Assembly: GCA_041750285.1 (NCBI GenBank)
Contig: JBGSZS010000009.1
Span: 32,001-96,000, forward strand
Length of the DNA stretch: 64,000 nucleotides
Direction of reading: 5' to 3'
Source of the DNA: Candidatus Fermentibacteraceae bacterium
Lineage (GTDB): Bacteria; Fermentibacterota; Fermentibacteria; Fermentibacterales; JCC-6
The notes under the pieces are model-generated. The model worked only from the letters and a program-made list of their open reading frames with translations. It was not told where the DNA came from and did not search any database. The position numbers and the translations under genes were made by a program. Position 1 is the first letter of the stretch; each line of letters starts with the position of its first letter. Positions 29,675-39,212 of this stretch are shown in pieces.

Positions 29675-30981
29675 TTGACTGACACCAGGAACGCCCTGCC
29701 CGTTTTCGCGATCATCCTTCTGGTAGCGATGCGTATCGCTTCAGTCCTTGTTGTCGGCAATCCATGGGGCGGGGGATGGGAAGGGAAGATATTCTACTCC
29801 GACACGAACTCGTACCTGTACGCAGCTGACGATATTTCCGACGGGATTCAGGACAGCCGCTTTACCGGGTGCCGGGCTACCCGCTGTTGATCCTGGGCAC
29901 GAGGGATCTGATTGAGCCAAGATGGCTCGCAACCATTCTCCTCAATCTTGCGGCGGATTGCCTTACAGCAATGGTTGTGATCGCCATGACCGGCAGACTT
30001 TTCGGAAGAGTGACCGGTCTCTGGGCGGGTGTTTACTACCTGCTCCTTCCTTCATGCGTCCTTTATTCGACCTATGTGATTCCCGATGTCATTACAGCCT
30101 GCCTGATAGCCGTTTCAGGGTTTCTTTGGCTGAAGACAACTCCTGAATCCCGGCCGGGAATGGGGGTGCTGAACGGTTTGCTTGCAGGTCTTTGTTTCGG
30201 GGTTGCCATGCTTCTCAAACCGGTCGTGCTGTATGCGCCGGCTATCTACCTTGCCCTTGTTTTCATACCAGAACGGAAGGGCTGGTTTGCCAGAATGCTT
30301 TTTGCGATCAGCCTTCTGGTGATCAGCACGGGAACCTACCTGGTCGTCAGGGAACACAACCAGAGGTCTTTCGGCCTGTCCGGGGTAAGCACCCAGGATT
30401 CATTCGAACTCATGGGCAGAGTCGTTCAGATCGCTGATTATCGAGGGCTTGGGGTTGGGGGAGAGAAGTTCTGGCTTTTCAGGGACAGCCTTCTTGAGCT
30501 TGCCTCACCAGGGGGAGAAGTCAACTGGGGAATGAGGGACAGCCTGTTTCGAGTGGTGACCAGGGAGGCCATTCTGTCCAATCCCCTGCGGGTAGCCTAT
30601 TTCGAGCTGACCAGATGGCCCAAGTTCTTTGTGAACCACGACGGACACAAACCCTATCTGGGAACGACCGACCCAAACGAGAAACCTATTGTCTACGTGG
30701 CGATCACAACCCTTATGCAGCTGCCGCTGGGCATCGCATTGCTCATGTCGGTCTTCAGCAGAAGACTCCGATCACGGCTGCAGAGGCATTTCTGGCTCGG
30801 AATGGCCTGGTTTGTCTACAGTGTTCCCGTGATAGGTCCCATAGCCTCTTTCCGGTACGGGCTGATATTCTACTGGGCCCTGGTCCCCTTTGCTGCGGCT
30901 GCAGTCGAGTTCCTTGCAAAGAGAAGGGCCGCCGCCACTGAGGCCGTCACCAGCATCGTCCAGAAAAAGGTCAGACCATAG
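29675..30981 (+). pseudogene. GT-C (PMT/ArnT-like) membrane glycosyltransferase with a 1-nt frameshift near 29857
   Basis: ORF 29675 (DTNSY...QDS) and ORF 29869 (PGYP...) join into one gene paralogous to the two downstream genes if one C is added (AGC CCG CTT TAC CGG GTG CCG = SPLYRVPGYP). Confidence 0.7.
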
Positions 30982-32171
30982 CGTGTGGTGGCCAGAGGTC
31001 CGTAGACAACGGCCGAGAAGATGAACCACCCAAGGAACAGACTGTTGACTGCAGCCATCCGGCGGCGCACTCCCGTGATGACGAAGCCCAGAATCGTCAT
31101 CAGGACCATGCACGCGTACACCGCACCCAGCAGGATCTTCGCTACGGCAAGCGGTGCTCCCCTTTCAGTGATATGCATGCTTCTCAGCACTTTGTGTGCG
31201 TAGCCCACCGAGAAGAACCTGGGCCATGAGATGAAGTGCGGCACCACTACCTTTACAGGCTCGGACAGTACGATTGCCCGGGTCATCTCCCGGTATATGC
31301 TGTCCCTGGCCATGAGATCGAGTACCCCGTTGGTTGTTGCCAGGGAATCGAGCCCGCTTGTGAAGCTGCCGTTCCAGACGGCTTGCTGGTCCGTTATCCC
31401 GGCCAGGATGGCCACCCGTCCGAGTGGTTCGAATGCATCCTGTGTGGAATATCCGTCGAAACCGAACTTGGTTCTGTTGTAGTGCCTCCAGGATAACGGA
31501 AGCACGACGAACACCGCAGGCAGAACAAAGACTGCGGCGAACCGGGCTCCCCTTGCGATCCTTCTCTGGAACGGCAGCAGGGCGAGGTATACGGCAGGGG
31601 AGTAAAGAAGTACCTGTTTGCACATCGCACCTATGGAGAGAACCAGCCCGATTGTTCCGCAGATGCATACGAACTCCCGGCTGCTTCGGGTCCTGAAGGC
31701 CTTCAGCCAGAGGTAGCCCGAGAGGCAGACTGCCAGAAGGGCCATTGTATCGGGCATTATCCGTGTTGAATGTATGACGTGCTGGGGCAGGAGCATCGCG
31801 GCGATTCCTGCCGGCAGGGCTGCCTTATCTGAAGATGATGCCGCGGTGAGGTAGCACAGGATGCCTATCATCAATCCAAGCGCCTGTTGCAGTATGAGGG
31901 TGCAGATCCATGGGCTGCCGTCACTCCAGGTCAGGGCGAGGATGACCGGATAGAGGGGCATACGTACCGAGGGTTCATCCTGGTTCCCGTCCAGCAGATC
32001 TTCCGCGTACCTTACGTACTGGTGGGAATCATCATCCATGGGCCATGACCTGAAGTCCGTGGATGTGAAGGGTTCCCCTGCGACAAGCACGAAAAGCACC
32101 CTTAGAATGGCCAGCACGAAAAGCACCGTGATGTGCCTCAGTGGCATGGATTCACTGCCTGGACCGGACAC
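30870..32171 (-). CDS. GT-C (PMT/ArnT-like) glycosyltransferase, paralog 2
   Basis: DDDSHQY, RMPLYP, IMPDT, NRTKFG, RYGL; many TM helices. Confidence 0.75.
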   Translation of the reverse strand: MSGPGSESMPLRHITVLFVLAILRVLFVLVAGEPFTSTDFRSWPMDDDSHQYVRYAEDLLDGNQDEPSVRMPLYPVILALTWSDGSPWICTLILQQALGLMIGILCYLTAASSSDKAALPAGIAAMLLPQHVIHSTRIMPDTMALLAVCLSGYLWLKAFRTRSSREFVCICGTIGLVLSIGAMCKQVLLYSPAVYLALLPFQRRIARGARFAAVFVLPAVFVVLPLSWRHYNRTKFGFDGYSTQDAFEPLGRVAILAGITDQQAVWNGSFTSGLDSLATTNGVLDLMARDSIYREMTRAIVLSEPVKVVVPHFISWPRFFSVGYAHKVLRSMHITERGAPLAVAKILLGAVYACMVLMTILGFVITGVRRRMAAVNSLFLGWFIFSAVVYGPLATTRYGLTFFWTMLVTASVAAALLFARNSTAAAAKGTRAQ

Positions 32172-32172
32172 G

Positions 32173-33456
32173 TCACGCTTCCTTCACGCTGTTTGCAGTC
32201 GAACCCCTGTCCATGAGGGCAAGGAGCGACCCCACGCCCGCCGCGGCAAGGACGGGGAAGAAGACCAGACCGTACCGGGGACCGGCGAGGGGCCCGTGAA
32301 CCGGTATCATCACGATCATCCAGCCCGCCGCAAGCAGAAGCACAGGCATCATCCTGTCCCTGACGGACTTGATCAGAAACCCCGCCAGCAGACCCAGGGG
32401 CATCATGAACAGAATGACCGCGGTGATCGCCTTGATGGGTGTTGACGCGGCATGGTTTTCGGGAAGACCGAAATACCTCAGGGTGTTCCCCACCCCGGTG
32501 GAGAAAAAGCGCGTAAAGCTGGTCAAATGTGGCATGATCACAGCCAGGGGGTCTCTTCTGAACTCATGGATCGCCATGGATCGGTAGATTGAGCTTCTGA
32601 GAGCGTAATCCGGACGCCCATCGGCAGTCGAGATGGCTTCGACACTGTCCTTCACCTGCGTAACGAACTCCAGCTGAGTAACCCTTCCCGTCAGTACCCA
32701 CACCCTTCCCGCCTGCTCGTAGCCTTCCTGAGCCGAAACCGCGTCAAGACCAAACGATGATCTGTTGTGATGCCGAAGCAGCATGGGGCCGGCACCGGCG
32801 AACACGGCCAGAGCAAGCAGGGCTGCCGATCGCACACCCCAATGCCTGAGCTTCAGGGCTGGTGTCAGAAGGGCGTATACGAAGGGAGCGAAAAGATACA
32901 CCGGTTTTACAAGCACTCCGGCGCTGCAGACCAGCCCGATCAGGGCATGGAGAAGAACTACTTTCCTTGGATTTTCCGACCTGCACGCAAGAAGCCACAG
33001 AACTCCGGTGGCGGATGTTGCAAGCGCCAGCAGGGAGTCGGGCAGGATGCGGGAGGAAGTAATGAACACAGCCGGCAGAAGGGCATAGTAAACAGAAACA
33101 TACCAGCGTTTGCCGCCAAGCGCGCCTGAAAGGGACATCCCGATGAGTATGGCAGTTGCGAGATCGGCAGCCTGCTGGAGAAGGACTGAGGGCAGTGAAC
33201 TCCTTCCGGGTTCCGGTGAGGTTAGGGTGAGAAACACCGGGTAGCCGGGGGTCCTTGTAGATGCGCTGTCCTGTCTGCCATCGGCCAGGTCCCGGGAGAA
33301 GGCCAGATAGCCATGGGAGTCGGGGTCCAGGGTCCATCCATCCCAGACCGGTCTGTCGGACGGGTTTCCGACAGCGAAGACGATTGCGATCCTGATCGCC
33401 GCAACTGCGATAAGGGAAACCATGCCGGCCCATCGAAACGAAACCGATGACCTCAT
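32173..33456 (-). CDS. GT-C (PMT/ArnT-like) glycosyltransferase, paralog 3
   Basis: DPDSHGY, RTPGYP, ILPDS, LVKP, NRSSFG, RYGL. Confidence 0.75.
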   Translation of the reverse strand: MRSSVSFRWAGMVSLIAVAAIRIAIVFAVGNPSDRPVWDGWTLDPDSHGYLAFSRDLADGRQDSASTRTPGYPVFLTLTSPEPGRSSLPSVLLQQAADLATAILIGMSLSGALGGKRWYVSVYYALLPAVFITSSRILPDSLLALATSATGVLWLLACRSENPRKVVLLHALIGLVCSAGVLVKPVYLFAPFVYALLTPALKLRHWGVRSAALLALAVFAGAGPMLLRHHNRSSFGLDAVSAQEGYEQAGRVWVLTGRVTQLEFVTQVKDSVEAISTADGRPDYALRSSIYRSMAIHEFRRDPLAVIMPHLTSFTRFFSTGVGNTLRYFGLPENHAASTPIKAITAVILFMMPLGLLAGFLIKSVRDRMMPVLLLAAGWMIVMIPVHGPLAGPRYGLVFFPVLAAAGVGSLLALMDRGSTANSVKEA

Positions 33457-34745
33457 GACGGCTTCCCAGCCTCGTCAGTGACCTTGACGGCATCCTTCAG
33501 GGCTTTCCTGTACTTCCAGCACCGGCAGAAAGCCCCGAGACTGAAGAAAGCAAAAGTACCCCGTCTCAGCAGAGAATCCCCCCCGATGCTTACAAGGAGA
33601 ATGGCCACAGTGCCAAGGACCGCTGCGTATCCGATGTCGGCCACGAGCGAACCGCTGAAACTCAACCTGATGCCGCGTATGCAGCAGTAAACGAAATAGA
33701 AGTAGATGAAGAAACCGACCAGCCCCGTCTCCATGAGCAGCAGCGCAAAACCGCTGTGAGCAGCCAGGAAATAGCCAATCGTCCCGGTCCGCGCCTGACG
33801 GAAGGATGCCCATGAATCTATTCCCCATCCGAACAGGGGACGTTCACCGAACCCTTCCAGGGCAAGCTCGATGTTGTCCAGACGCATGCCGGCATCGGGA
33901 TTCTCGCTGAGCGTTCCCGTGCGGGCCGCGAAGGAAAGCTCCTGAATGCGTGAGACCATCCTCTCGGTCTGCGTGTTCTCGGGAAGCAGGGAGAAGGAAA
34001 GGACTCCAATGATCGCAACCAGTACGGCCCACCATGCCTTTCTCCGGTAGACCGCCAGAATGAAGATGTAGGCCGCGGTCGGGGTTCTCGCGCCCGTGAG
34101 GAAGGTTGCCACGGTCAGGAAGATCAGCGCCGCAACGCATAGAATCTTGTCCCGCCTTTTTTTTACCGAGTGAAGCAGCATCAGAAAGAAAGGCAGAAGA
34201 AGCAGACCGCTGCTGGCCGGAAGCTGGTAATGGGGCAGGGGGGCGAAAAGGGTTGCTCCTGCGAGCTGCGGGACCCAGGCAGGCATGTAAATCACGATGT
34301 TGTAGAAAAGCCCCGAACCCAGCGAGACCAAAAACCAGATCAGATGCTTTTGAGTGCCGTTCAGGAGTGTCGCGACGCAAAGCAGGAAGAACCCGAAATT
34401 GCCCACGTGCTCGAACAGGGTCTTGAAAGTGATCGCGCCGCTTAGAAGCACATGCGAGAACACGATGTACATCGCCAGGGTGAACCCTGATGCGAGTATG
34501 CGCGTGGCTTTCAGAAGTGAGATGGCGCTAACCACTGCCTTGTCGGATACGATGAGAAGCAGAAAGGCCAGAAAGGAGCGCATTCCCGATCCCAGCACCG
34601 GCACATCGATCTGGATGCCTGCCATCGTCATGAAGACGAGAATGTTGAACAGGATGAGCCTGGATCTTGATGACCCTTTTGATGTGAGCGCAAGATAGAC
34701 AATTATAGCTATGAATAGAATATAGAATATACCAGTCACCAGCAA
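33453..34745 (-). CDS. O-antigen ligase / Wzy_C family protein
   Basis: TGART, R...LEGFGERPLFGWG, AHSGF..LMETGLVG; polytopic. Confidence 0.8.
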   Translation of the reverse strand: MLVTGIFYILFIAIIVYLALTSKGSSRSRLILFNILVFMTMAGIQIDVPVLGSGMRSFLAFLLLIVSDKAVVSAISLLKATRILASGFTLAMYIVFSHVLLSGAITFKTLFEHVGNFGFFLLCVATLLNGTQKHLIWFLVSLGSGLFYNIVIYMPAWVPQLAGATLFAPLPHYQLPASSGLLLLPFFLMLLHSVKKRRDKILCVAALIFLTVATFLTGARTPTAAYIFILAVYRRKAWWAVLVAIIGVLSFSLLPENTQTERMVSRIQELSFAARTGTLSENPDAGMRLDNIELALEGFGERPLFGWGIDSWASFRQARTGTIGYFLAAHSGFALLLMETGLVGFFIYFYFVYCCIRGIRLSFSGSLVADIGYAAVLGTVAILLVSIGGDSLLRRGTFAFFSLGAFCRCWKYRKALKDAVKVTDEAGKPS

Positions 34746-34755
34746 TAACCGCCGA

Positions 34756-35853
34756 TCAATTCCAAGGATGGCTGTTGAGTCGGGACATCAGGACCGACGT
34801 CACGACTTCTGACACATCCTCTCTCATGTACTCGGGGGGAGGGGTCCAGATTCGGGGTGAATCAACGGCTTTTTGGACGCATCTCAGTACCTGATCAGGG
34901 ACGACGCCTGAGAGGATGTTGCTTCCGCATTCGATGGTTTCAGGCCTTTCAGTGACATCCCGAATGGTCACGTTCGGCGTCCGGAAGATGCAGCACTCCT
35001 CCTGGACGGTACCGCTGTCAGTCAGGACACACCGGGCATTTCTCTCGAGCCTGATGAAGTCAAAGAATCCGAAGGGCTCCATGAACCTGATCATCGCGTT
35101 ATCGGGGAGGGACCCCATTGCCTTCAGGCGGGCCCTGGTCCTCGGATGAACACTGACGATCACAGGAAGCCCGTACTTCTCCTGAATCAGGACGAGAGAC
35201 TTCAGGATGTCGGCGAGCCGCGTTTCCACGTCGACATTCTCCGCCCTGTGGGCCGTCACGAGAAAGTAACCCCCGGGTGAAAGACCGAGCCGCTCGAGGA
35301 TCCCTGATGATTCTATGGACTCCCCATGCCTCATTATCACCTCGAGCACCGGGTTCCCGGTGACGATTATCCTCTCTCCCGGATACCCCTCTCTCAGCAG
35401 GTTTTCCCTGCTCCTTGCCGTGTAGGGCATCAGAACATCGCTGCACGTGTCCACGATTCGCCGGTTAATCTCTTCGGGAACCCTGTCGTCAAAGCACCTG
35501 TTCCCGGCCTCCATGTGGAAGACGGGAATTCCCATCCTCTTCGCGATGTACACGGACAACGCGCTGTTCGTGTCACCCAGGACGAGAACACGGTCCGGCC
35601 TGGATTCGCCGAAGGCTCTCTCGCATCCTTCCAGAATGCCGCCGATCTGACGCCCGGGGCTGGAGGTGTCGACTCCGAGAAAACAGTCGGGCTTCCGGAC
35701 CCCGAGTTCCCGGAAGAAGACATCGCTGAGCCCGGGGTCAGAGTTCTGCCCGGTGTGGATCAGTCTGTGATCACACAATCCGTCGAGTTTGCCGATGATC
35801 ACGGACAACCTGATTATCTCGGGTCTTGTTCCGAGAACCGTGGTGATCTTCAC
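34756..35853 (-). CDS. Non-hydrolysing UDP-HexNAc 2-epimerase (FnlC/WbjD/WecB family)
   Basis: GTRPEIIRL, HTGQ, LGDTNS, HMEAGNRCFD..PEEINR, TAHRAEN, TDSGTVQEE. Confidence 0.9.
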   Translation of the reverse strand: MKITTVLGTRPEIIRLSVIIGKLDGLCDHRLIHTGQNSDPGLSDVFFRELGVRKPDCFLGVDTSSPGRQIGGILEGCERAFGESRPDRVLVLGDTNSALSVYIAKRMGIPVFHMEAGNRCFDDRVPEEINRRIVDTCSDVLMPYTARSRENLLREGYPGERIIVTGNPVLEVIMRHGESIESSGILERLGLSPGGYFLVTAHRAENVDVETRLADILKSLVLIQEKYGLPVIVSVHPRTRARLKAMGSLPDNAMIRFMEPFGFFDFIRLERNARCVLTDSGTVQEECCIFRTPNVTIRDVTERPETIECGSNILSGVVPDQVLRCVQKAVDSPRIWTPPPEYMREDVSEVVTSVLMSRLNSHPWN

Positions 35854-36917
35854 CTCAGCAACTCCCCTGAGGCTGACCCGATCTGGTCCGGCATGAGTTC
35901 ATGGCGCAGGAGAAGGCTTTTGAGCTGGTCACGGCTCACCAGCGAGTCGGCGGAGCTGTATTCGCGTCCGATGCAGACTCCTTCGATCCCGGTTGTCCTT
36001 ACCTCGGGAAGTATCGATCCAATGGCGAAGAAGCGTTCCCCTTTTTCCGTGGTGCGTCCCGCTTCCTCCTCGGAGACCAGTATCTCGTGCACTTTCTCAC
36101 CCGGGCGGATCCCTGTTACCTTTGTCGATATGGGTCTGCCGTCGATCAGGACCTCTGCCAGATCTGTCATCCTGGCCGATGGCACCCTCGGTATCCAGGT
36201 CTCACCGGGTGCGCCGTCCTTCACCGCGGCAAAAACCGTGTCGACGGCATCATCGAGACTCAGGAGGAATCTGGTCATATCCCTTGTGGTTATCGTTACC
36301 GGCCCTCCTGAGCGGATCTGGCTGAGGAACAGCGGAATGACCGAACCCCTCGATGCGAGAACATTTCCGTAACGGACGCAAATGAAACGGGTCGAGGGGT
36401 TTCTCATGTTGCCCTGAAGGAAGAGCCTCTCCTGGATAGCCTTTGTCATGCCCATGACATTGACAGGTTTGCAGGCTTTGTCGGTGGATATGCCGACCAC
36501 GGTCTCCACGGGGAGTCTGTGCTCCTGTATTGCCCTGACGATGTTCTCGGGGCCGGCGATGTTTGTCTGAACAGCTTCGAACGGAAAGTACTCACACGTG
36601 GGGACCTGTTTCAAGGCTGCCGCGCTGAAAACGACATCCACATCACAGAGTACCGAAGAAATGGAATGAAAATCCCTCACATCGCCGATGCGGAACTCAA
36701 GCAGCCTTCGGAAATTGTCGTAGACGATCTCGTCGGTGGCTTCGGAGCGGTTCGCGTAGGAAACCCTCATTTCGTGCTGTTTCGCCTCGTCCCGTGAGAA
36801 CACGATCACTTTGGACGGCATGCCCATCTCACCTGAGAGCAGCCTTCTTACCAGCACCTTCCCGAGGGAGCCGGTGCCTCCCGTGACAAGAAGCCTTTTA
36901 CCTTCGAAAGGGGACAT
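35850..36917 (-). CDS. UDP-GlcNAc 4,6-dehydratase (FnlA/WbjB/CapE-like)
   Basis: TGGTGSLG, SRDEAKQ, AALKQVPTCEYFP, STDKA, RYGNVLASRGSVIP, RPGEK; ATG 36917. Confidence 0.9.
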   Translation of the reverse strand: MSPFEGKRLLVTGGTGSLGKVLVRRLLSGEMGMPSKVIVFSRDEAKQHEMRVSYANRSEATDEIVYDNFRRLLEFRIGDVRDFHSISSVLCDVDVVFSAAALKQVPTCEYFPFEAVQTNIAGPENIVRAIQEHRLPVETVVGISTDKACKPVNVMGMTKAIQERLFLQGNMRNPSTRFICVRYGNVLASRGSVIPLFLSQIRSGGPVTITTRDMTRFLLSLDDAVDTVFAAVKDGAPGETWIPRVPSARMTDLAEVLIDGRPISTKVTGIRPGEKVHEILVSEEEAGRTTEKGERFFAIGSILPEVRTTGIEGVCIGREYSSADSLVSRDQLKSLLLRHELMPDQIGSASGELLR

Positions 36918-37812
36918 GCCATCCTCTCCATTCATCGTATTGATACAGGTCCTCACGGAGTGAGGCAATCATATCATCCATTCCGGGAATATCGACTCCG
37001 AACCGCGAACGAAACTCTGTGGCAAGGAGGCTCCTGTCTTCGGCCGGTTCCGGAGTTGGAACGACATCAATGCCAAGGTCGAGCGCACGGTTGATCCTTC
37101 CCAGAAGGTCATGCTTCGAAACCGGCTCTGAAGCCACATGAAAGAGCCCTTCGCTGCGGGGGTGAAGAGAGATCAGACTGCCGACGATCTCTGACAGTGC
37201 CAGGGTTGTCACCCCGCTCCAATAAACATTGCTGAATCCGCGGACCGAGCCGTTCCTGTTGGAAAGGAACCACTCCAGAAGCCCGGTCGTGCGCTGCAGT
37301 TCACGCCCTATTATGGATGTCCGGAGTGTGAGGCAACCGCTCCGGAAAGGCTCTCCAAGAGCTTTCGACCTTCCATAGAGATCAGTGGCGTCAGGCGGGT
37401 CGGTTTCGGTGTAGCTTCCGCGCATGCCGGAGAAGACACAATCCGTTCCGATGTGGATCAGCCAGACGCCCCGCTGCCCGCATGAATCGGCAAGCCTGTG
37501 GGGGAAAAGGGAGTTGAGCTCGATGGCGGTCGCCGGGTTGCTGCCTTCGGAACGCTGCTTGATCATCCCGATGCAGTTCACCACAACCTGCGGCCTGACA
37601 CGGTCGAGACACCCCTCAACGGTTTCGAACTTCCGGGCATCCACTCCGAATTGCAGCTGTTCGGTGCTGAACCCGGAGTAGAACCCCTGCGGATTCAGGT
37701 TCTCGCCTGCTCCGGTCCTGACGGTGGCGAATGTCTCGAAAGAGCGTGAAAGGACCTGGAACATTCTGTGGCCGAGCATTCCGCTTCCGCCCATGACAAG
37801 AATCCGATTCAA
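36898..37812 (-). CDS. RmlD-like UDP-sugar 4-reductase (QnlA/WbvR-like)
   Basis: GGSGMLG, NCIG.IKQ, NSLFPH, TDCVFSG, YGRSKALGE, RTSIIG. Confidence 0.85.
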   Translation of the reverse strand: MNRILVMGGSGMLGHRMFQVLSRSFETFATVRTGAGENLNPQGFYSGFSTEQLQFGVDARKFETVEGCLDRVRPQVVVNCIGMIKQRSEGSNPATAIELNSLFPHRLADSCGQRGVWLIHIGTDCVFSGMRGSYTETDPPDATDLYGRSKALGEPFRSGCLTLRTSIIGRELQRTTGLLEWFLSNRNGSVRGFSNVYWSGVTTLALSEIVGSLISLHPRSEGLFHVASEPVSKHDLLGRINRALDLGIDVVPTPEPAEDRSLLATEFRSRFGVDIPGMDDMIASLREDLYQYDEWRGWHVPFRR

Positions 37813-37929
37813 TCATCCTCCAATGACAGGCCTCGGTGATCAGGGCTTCGAGGGCGGGGGGGGTTTCAGCCTGAACTGACTTGAAACGATGCAGGCACCC
37901 GGGAATCCCGAGAGATTATATTCCAGCCC

Positions 37930-39195
37930 GTGCGCATTGCATACCCCGCTCTTCACGGGAGGTTGATCCCCTTGCCCGACCGAAGGCTCATTGCGATATC
38001 GTTCGCCTACCCGCCCGAAATGTCCGCAATGTCCATCCTTGTCTGGAGGCTCCTCCGCCACTGCGGGACCAGGTTCGTCGTAATCTGCGGGTCCCGGGGC
38101 CTGGAACCAGACCCCGGGCTCGCTGCAATCGCAGGGGATGGAGCGGACTCCATCCGACCCGTACCGTTCAGGGAGCATCCCCTTCACCTTCTTGCCCGAA
38201 GGGCTCTTCACAGTACTCCTCTGGTGCGCATGCTGGAAATCCCGGACATCTACCGTTCCTGGGTGCCGGGGGCAACGGCAGCCGCTGCTTCCTTTCAGCC
38301 GGGAGCATCAGACGTGCTTGCAACCTTTGCATCACCCATGAGCGGTCACCTCGCCGGTCTCTCCATGAGACGCATGTATCCGGATATCCCCTGGATCGCA
38401 TACTTCGGAGATCCATGGGTCACGAATCCCATGATCAGAAGGGGATTCGTCTCCAGGCTCGTCAACCGGCAAATGGAGGGCGCGGTCGTTCAGAGCGCCG
38501 ATCTGCTCGTATTCCCCTGTGAAGAGATGAGCGAACTGACCCTGCGCGGTTACGGCACCTCCATCAGAAGGAAGTCCCGGGTCGTTCCGCACGGATTCGA
38601 AGAATCACTGTACCCGGCGGATCCCGTGGAAGGTGATTCAGGGAAGCTCATAATCAGGCATGTGGGAAGCCTTTACGGTTCACGGACTCATTCGGACCTT
38701 ATCGACGCGCTGCGACTGCTCGTCAGGGAAAGACCGGATCTCACGGACAGGCTCCGTTTCGAGTTCTTCGGCTACCACCAGTCGTACCCGGACGTTTCCG
38801 AGTTTCCTCCGGGGCTCGTGAACTTCAATCCAGCCGTGGATTATCTTGAAAGCCTCAGACTGATGCGGACAGCGCACGGGCTTCTCGTCATCACCCCCTC
38901 CGAACCGGAATCGGGCGCCTTCCTCCCGTCGAAACTCATCGACTACACAGGCGCCCGCAGACCGATCATCGGGGTCTGCCGGCCGGGAGCCTGCACATCG
39001 CTCATCGAAAGACTTGGCGGGTGGGTTTCCACGACCGGTGATCCCATGGCTCTTGCAGTCAACATCCGCAGTCTCGCGGCTTACCTCGGGTCCACCGATT
39101 CTTCGGGTTCCTGGGGCAATGAAACCGTCAGATCCAGGTATTCCGCAGAAAATGCGGGCCGGGTCTTCTCCGGATTGATCGAGGAACTGCCCTGA
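37930..39195 (+). CDS. GT-B (GT4-like) glycosyltransferase
   Basis: WIAYFGDPW, VPHGF, HVGSLYG, PSKLIDY; true start may be TTG 37972 after GGGAGG. Confidence 0.75.
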   Translation: MRIAYPALHGRLIPLPDRRLIAISFAYPPEMSAMSILVWRLLRHCGTRFVVICGSRGLEPDPGLAAIAGDGADSIRPVPFREHPLHLLARRALHSTPLVRMLEIPDIYRSWVPGATAAAASFQPGASDVLATFASPMSGHLAGLSMRRMYPDIPWIAYFGDPWVTNPMIRRGFVSRLVNRQMEGAVVQSADLLVFPCEEMSELTLRGYGTSIRRKSRVVPHGFEESLYPADPVEGDSGKLIIRHVGSLYGSRTHSDLIDALRLLVRERPDLTDRLRFEFFGYHQSYPDVSEFPPGLVNFNPAVDYLESLRLMRTAHGLLVITPSEPESGAFLPSKLIDYTGARRPIIGVCRPGACTSLIERLGGWVSTTGDPMALAVNIRSLAAYLGSTDSSGSWGNETVRSRYSAENAGRVFSGLIEELP

Positions 39196-39212
39196 AATCA
39201 AGCAACCCCGAA

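Noticed and set aside
34745..34756. ops/JUMPstart-like GGCGGTTA on the minus strand
   Set aside because: Partial match only, and it lies mid-operon in a 10-nt gap
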